From Antedon mediterranea (taxonomy: Eukaryota > Animalia > Echinodermata), in contig NC_092674.1 in the NCBI RefSeq assembly GCF_964355755.1, positions 9,052,001 through 9,116,000 on the forward strand: a stretch of 64,000 bases of DNA, read 5' to 3'. Of this stretch, positions 63,578 through 64,000 are shown in pieces. The position numbers and the translations under genes are program-made. Each line of letters starts with the position of its first letter. The stretch's first letter is position 1. The notes beneath the pieces were generated by a model. The model saw only the letters and a list, made by a program, of their open reading frames with translations. It did no database searches and was not told the origin of the DNA.

Positions 63578-64000
63578 ACAAAGGGACTGGGTTTCTCATC
63601 CCATGGAGGTATACCTCCATGCTCATCCAAGCATCTACTGCAGTACATTTTTTTACAGTGTATTATCATAGGAATTTAGTTTAAGTCTACATTCGTTAGG
63701 CACTGTAAATATGTATGAAAAAGGCTTGGTAAATAAGTAAAGAAACTGTAGTCACTACAGTAACTGCATTAGAATAATATTGGTATGGTTCTTAAACCAA
63801 GACCATGTCCTAACAATCTTAGTGATATAGAGGGCGACACATTTTTATCAATCTGTGTAATCTGTTTTATCTTCAATCACAAAGATCATAAATCACCTAT
63901 ATATTTTTCGTCTGTGACAAATAAAAATCTAGGTAGTTAAATACTGTATGTATACTATACAAAGACAATTTGTGAAGTTGTTGAAACATTATCATTAAAT

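Noticed and set aside
55683-64000. Collagen IV exons 1-2 (signal peptide, CxC...KG)
   Set aside because: No Gly-X-Y or Cys-motif exon with splice sites found; GGT GAG CAA near 59700 does not extend. These exons are presumed to lie outside the window.

Overview
AT-rich, intron-rich animal (invertebrate) genomic DNA. Deu/Nin-core SINEs and the repeat style are compatible with a non-vertebrate deuterostome such as an echinoderm, but the taxon is inference only. Two genes lie on the minus strand. (1) A type IV collagen alpha1-like chain: 35 coding exons traced by hand between 55682 and 31352, 5031 nt, about 1676 aa, covering part of 7S, the interrupted Gly-X-Y helix and the complete NC1 domain; the first exons lie beyond the right edge. 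(2) The 5' part of UNC80 (NALCN channelosome): ATG at 28067, four coding exons down to 20751 including a 2515-bp exon, then more than 20 kb with no recognisable next exon. The introns are full of non-autonomous elements: TA- and TTAA-flanked MITEs, nested TIR elements with 7-10 bp TSDs, Rex1/Babar LINE fragments, Deu-core SINEs, a 5S-like remnant and several minisatellites. The most notable non-coding signal is a cluster of minimal type I hammerhead ribozymes (Penelope/retrozyme type; two families with intact cores on opposite strands) inserted at (TA)n microsatellites, next to a dispersed repeat carrying an internal, fully foldable tRNA with anticodon ATC. I cannot establish a wholly new system from sequence alone; these are the best leads.
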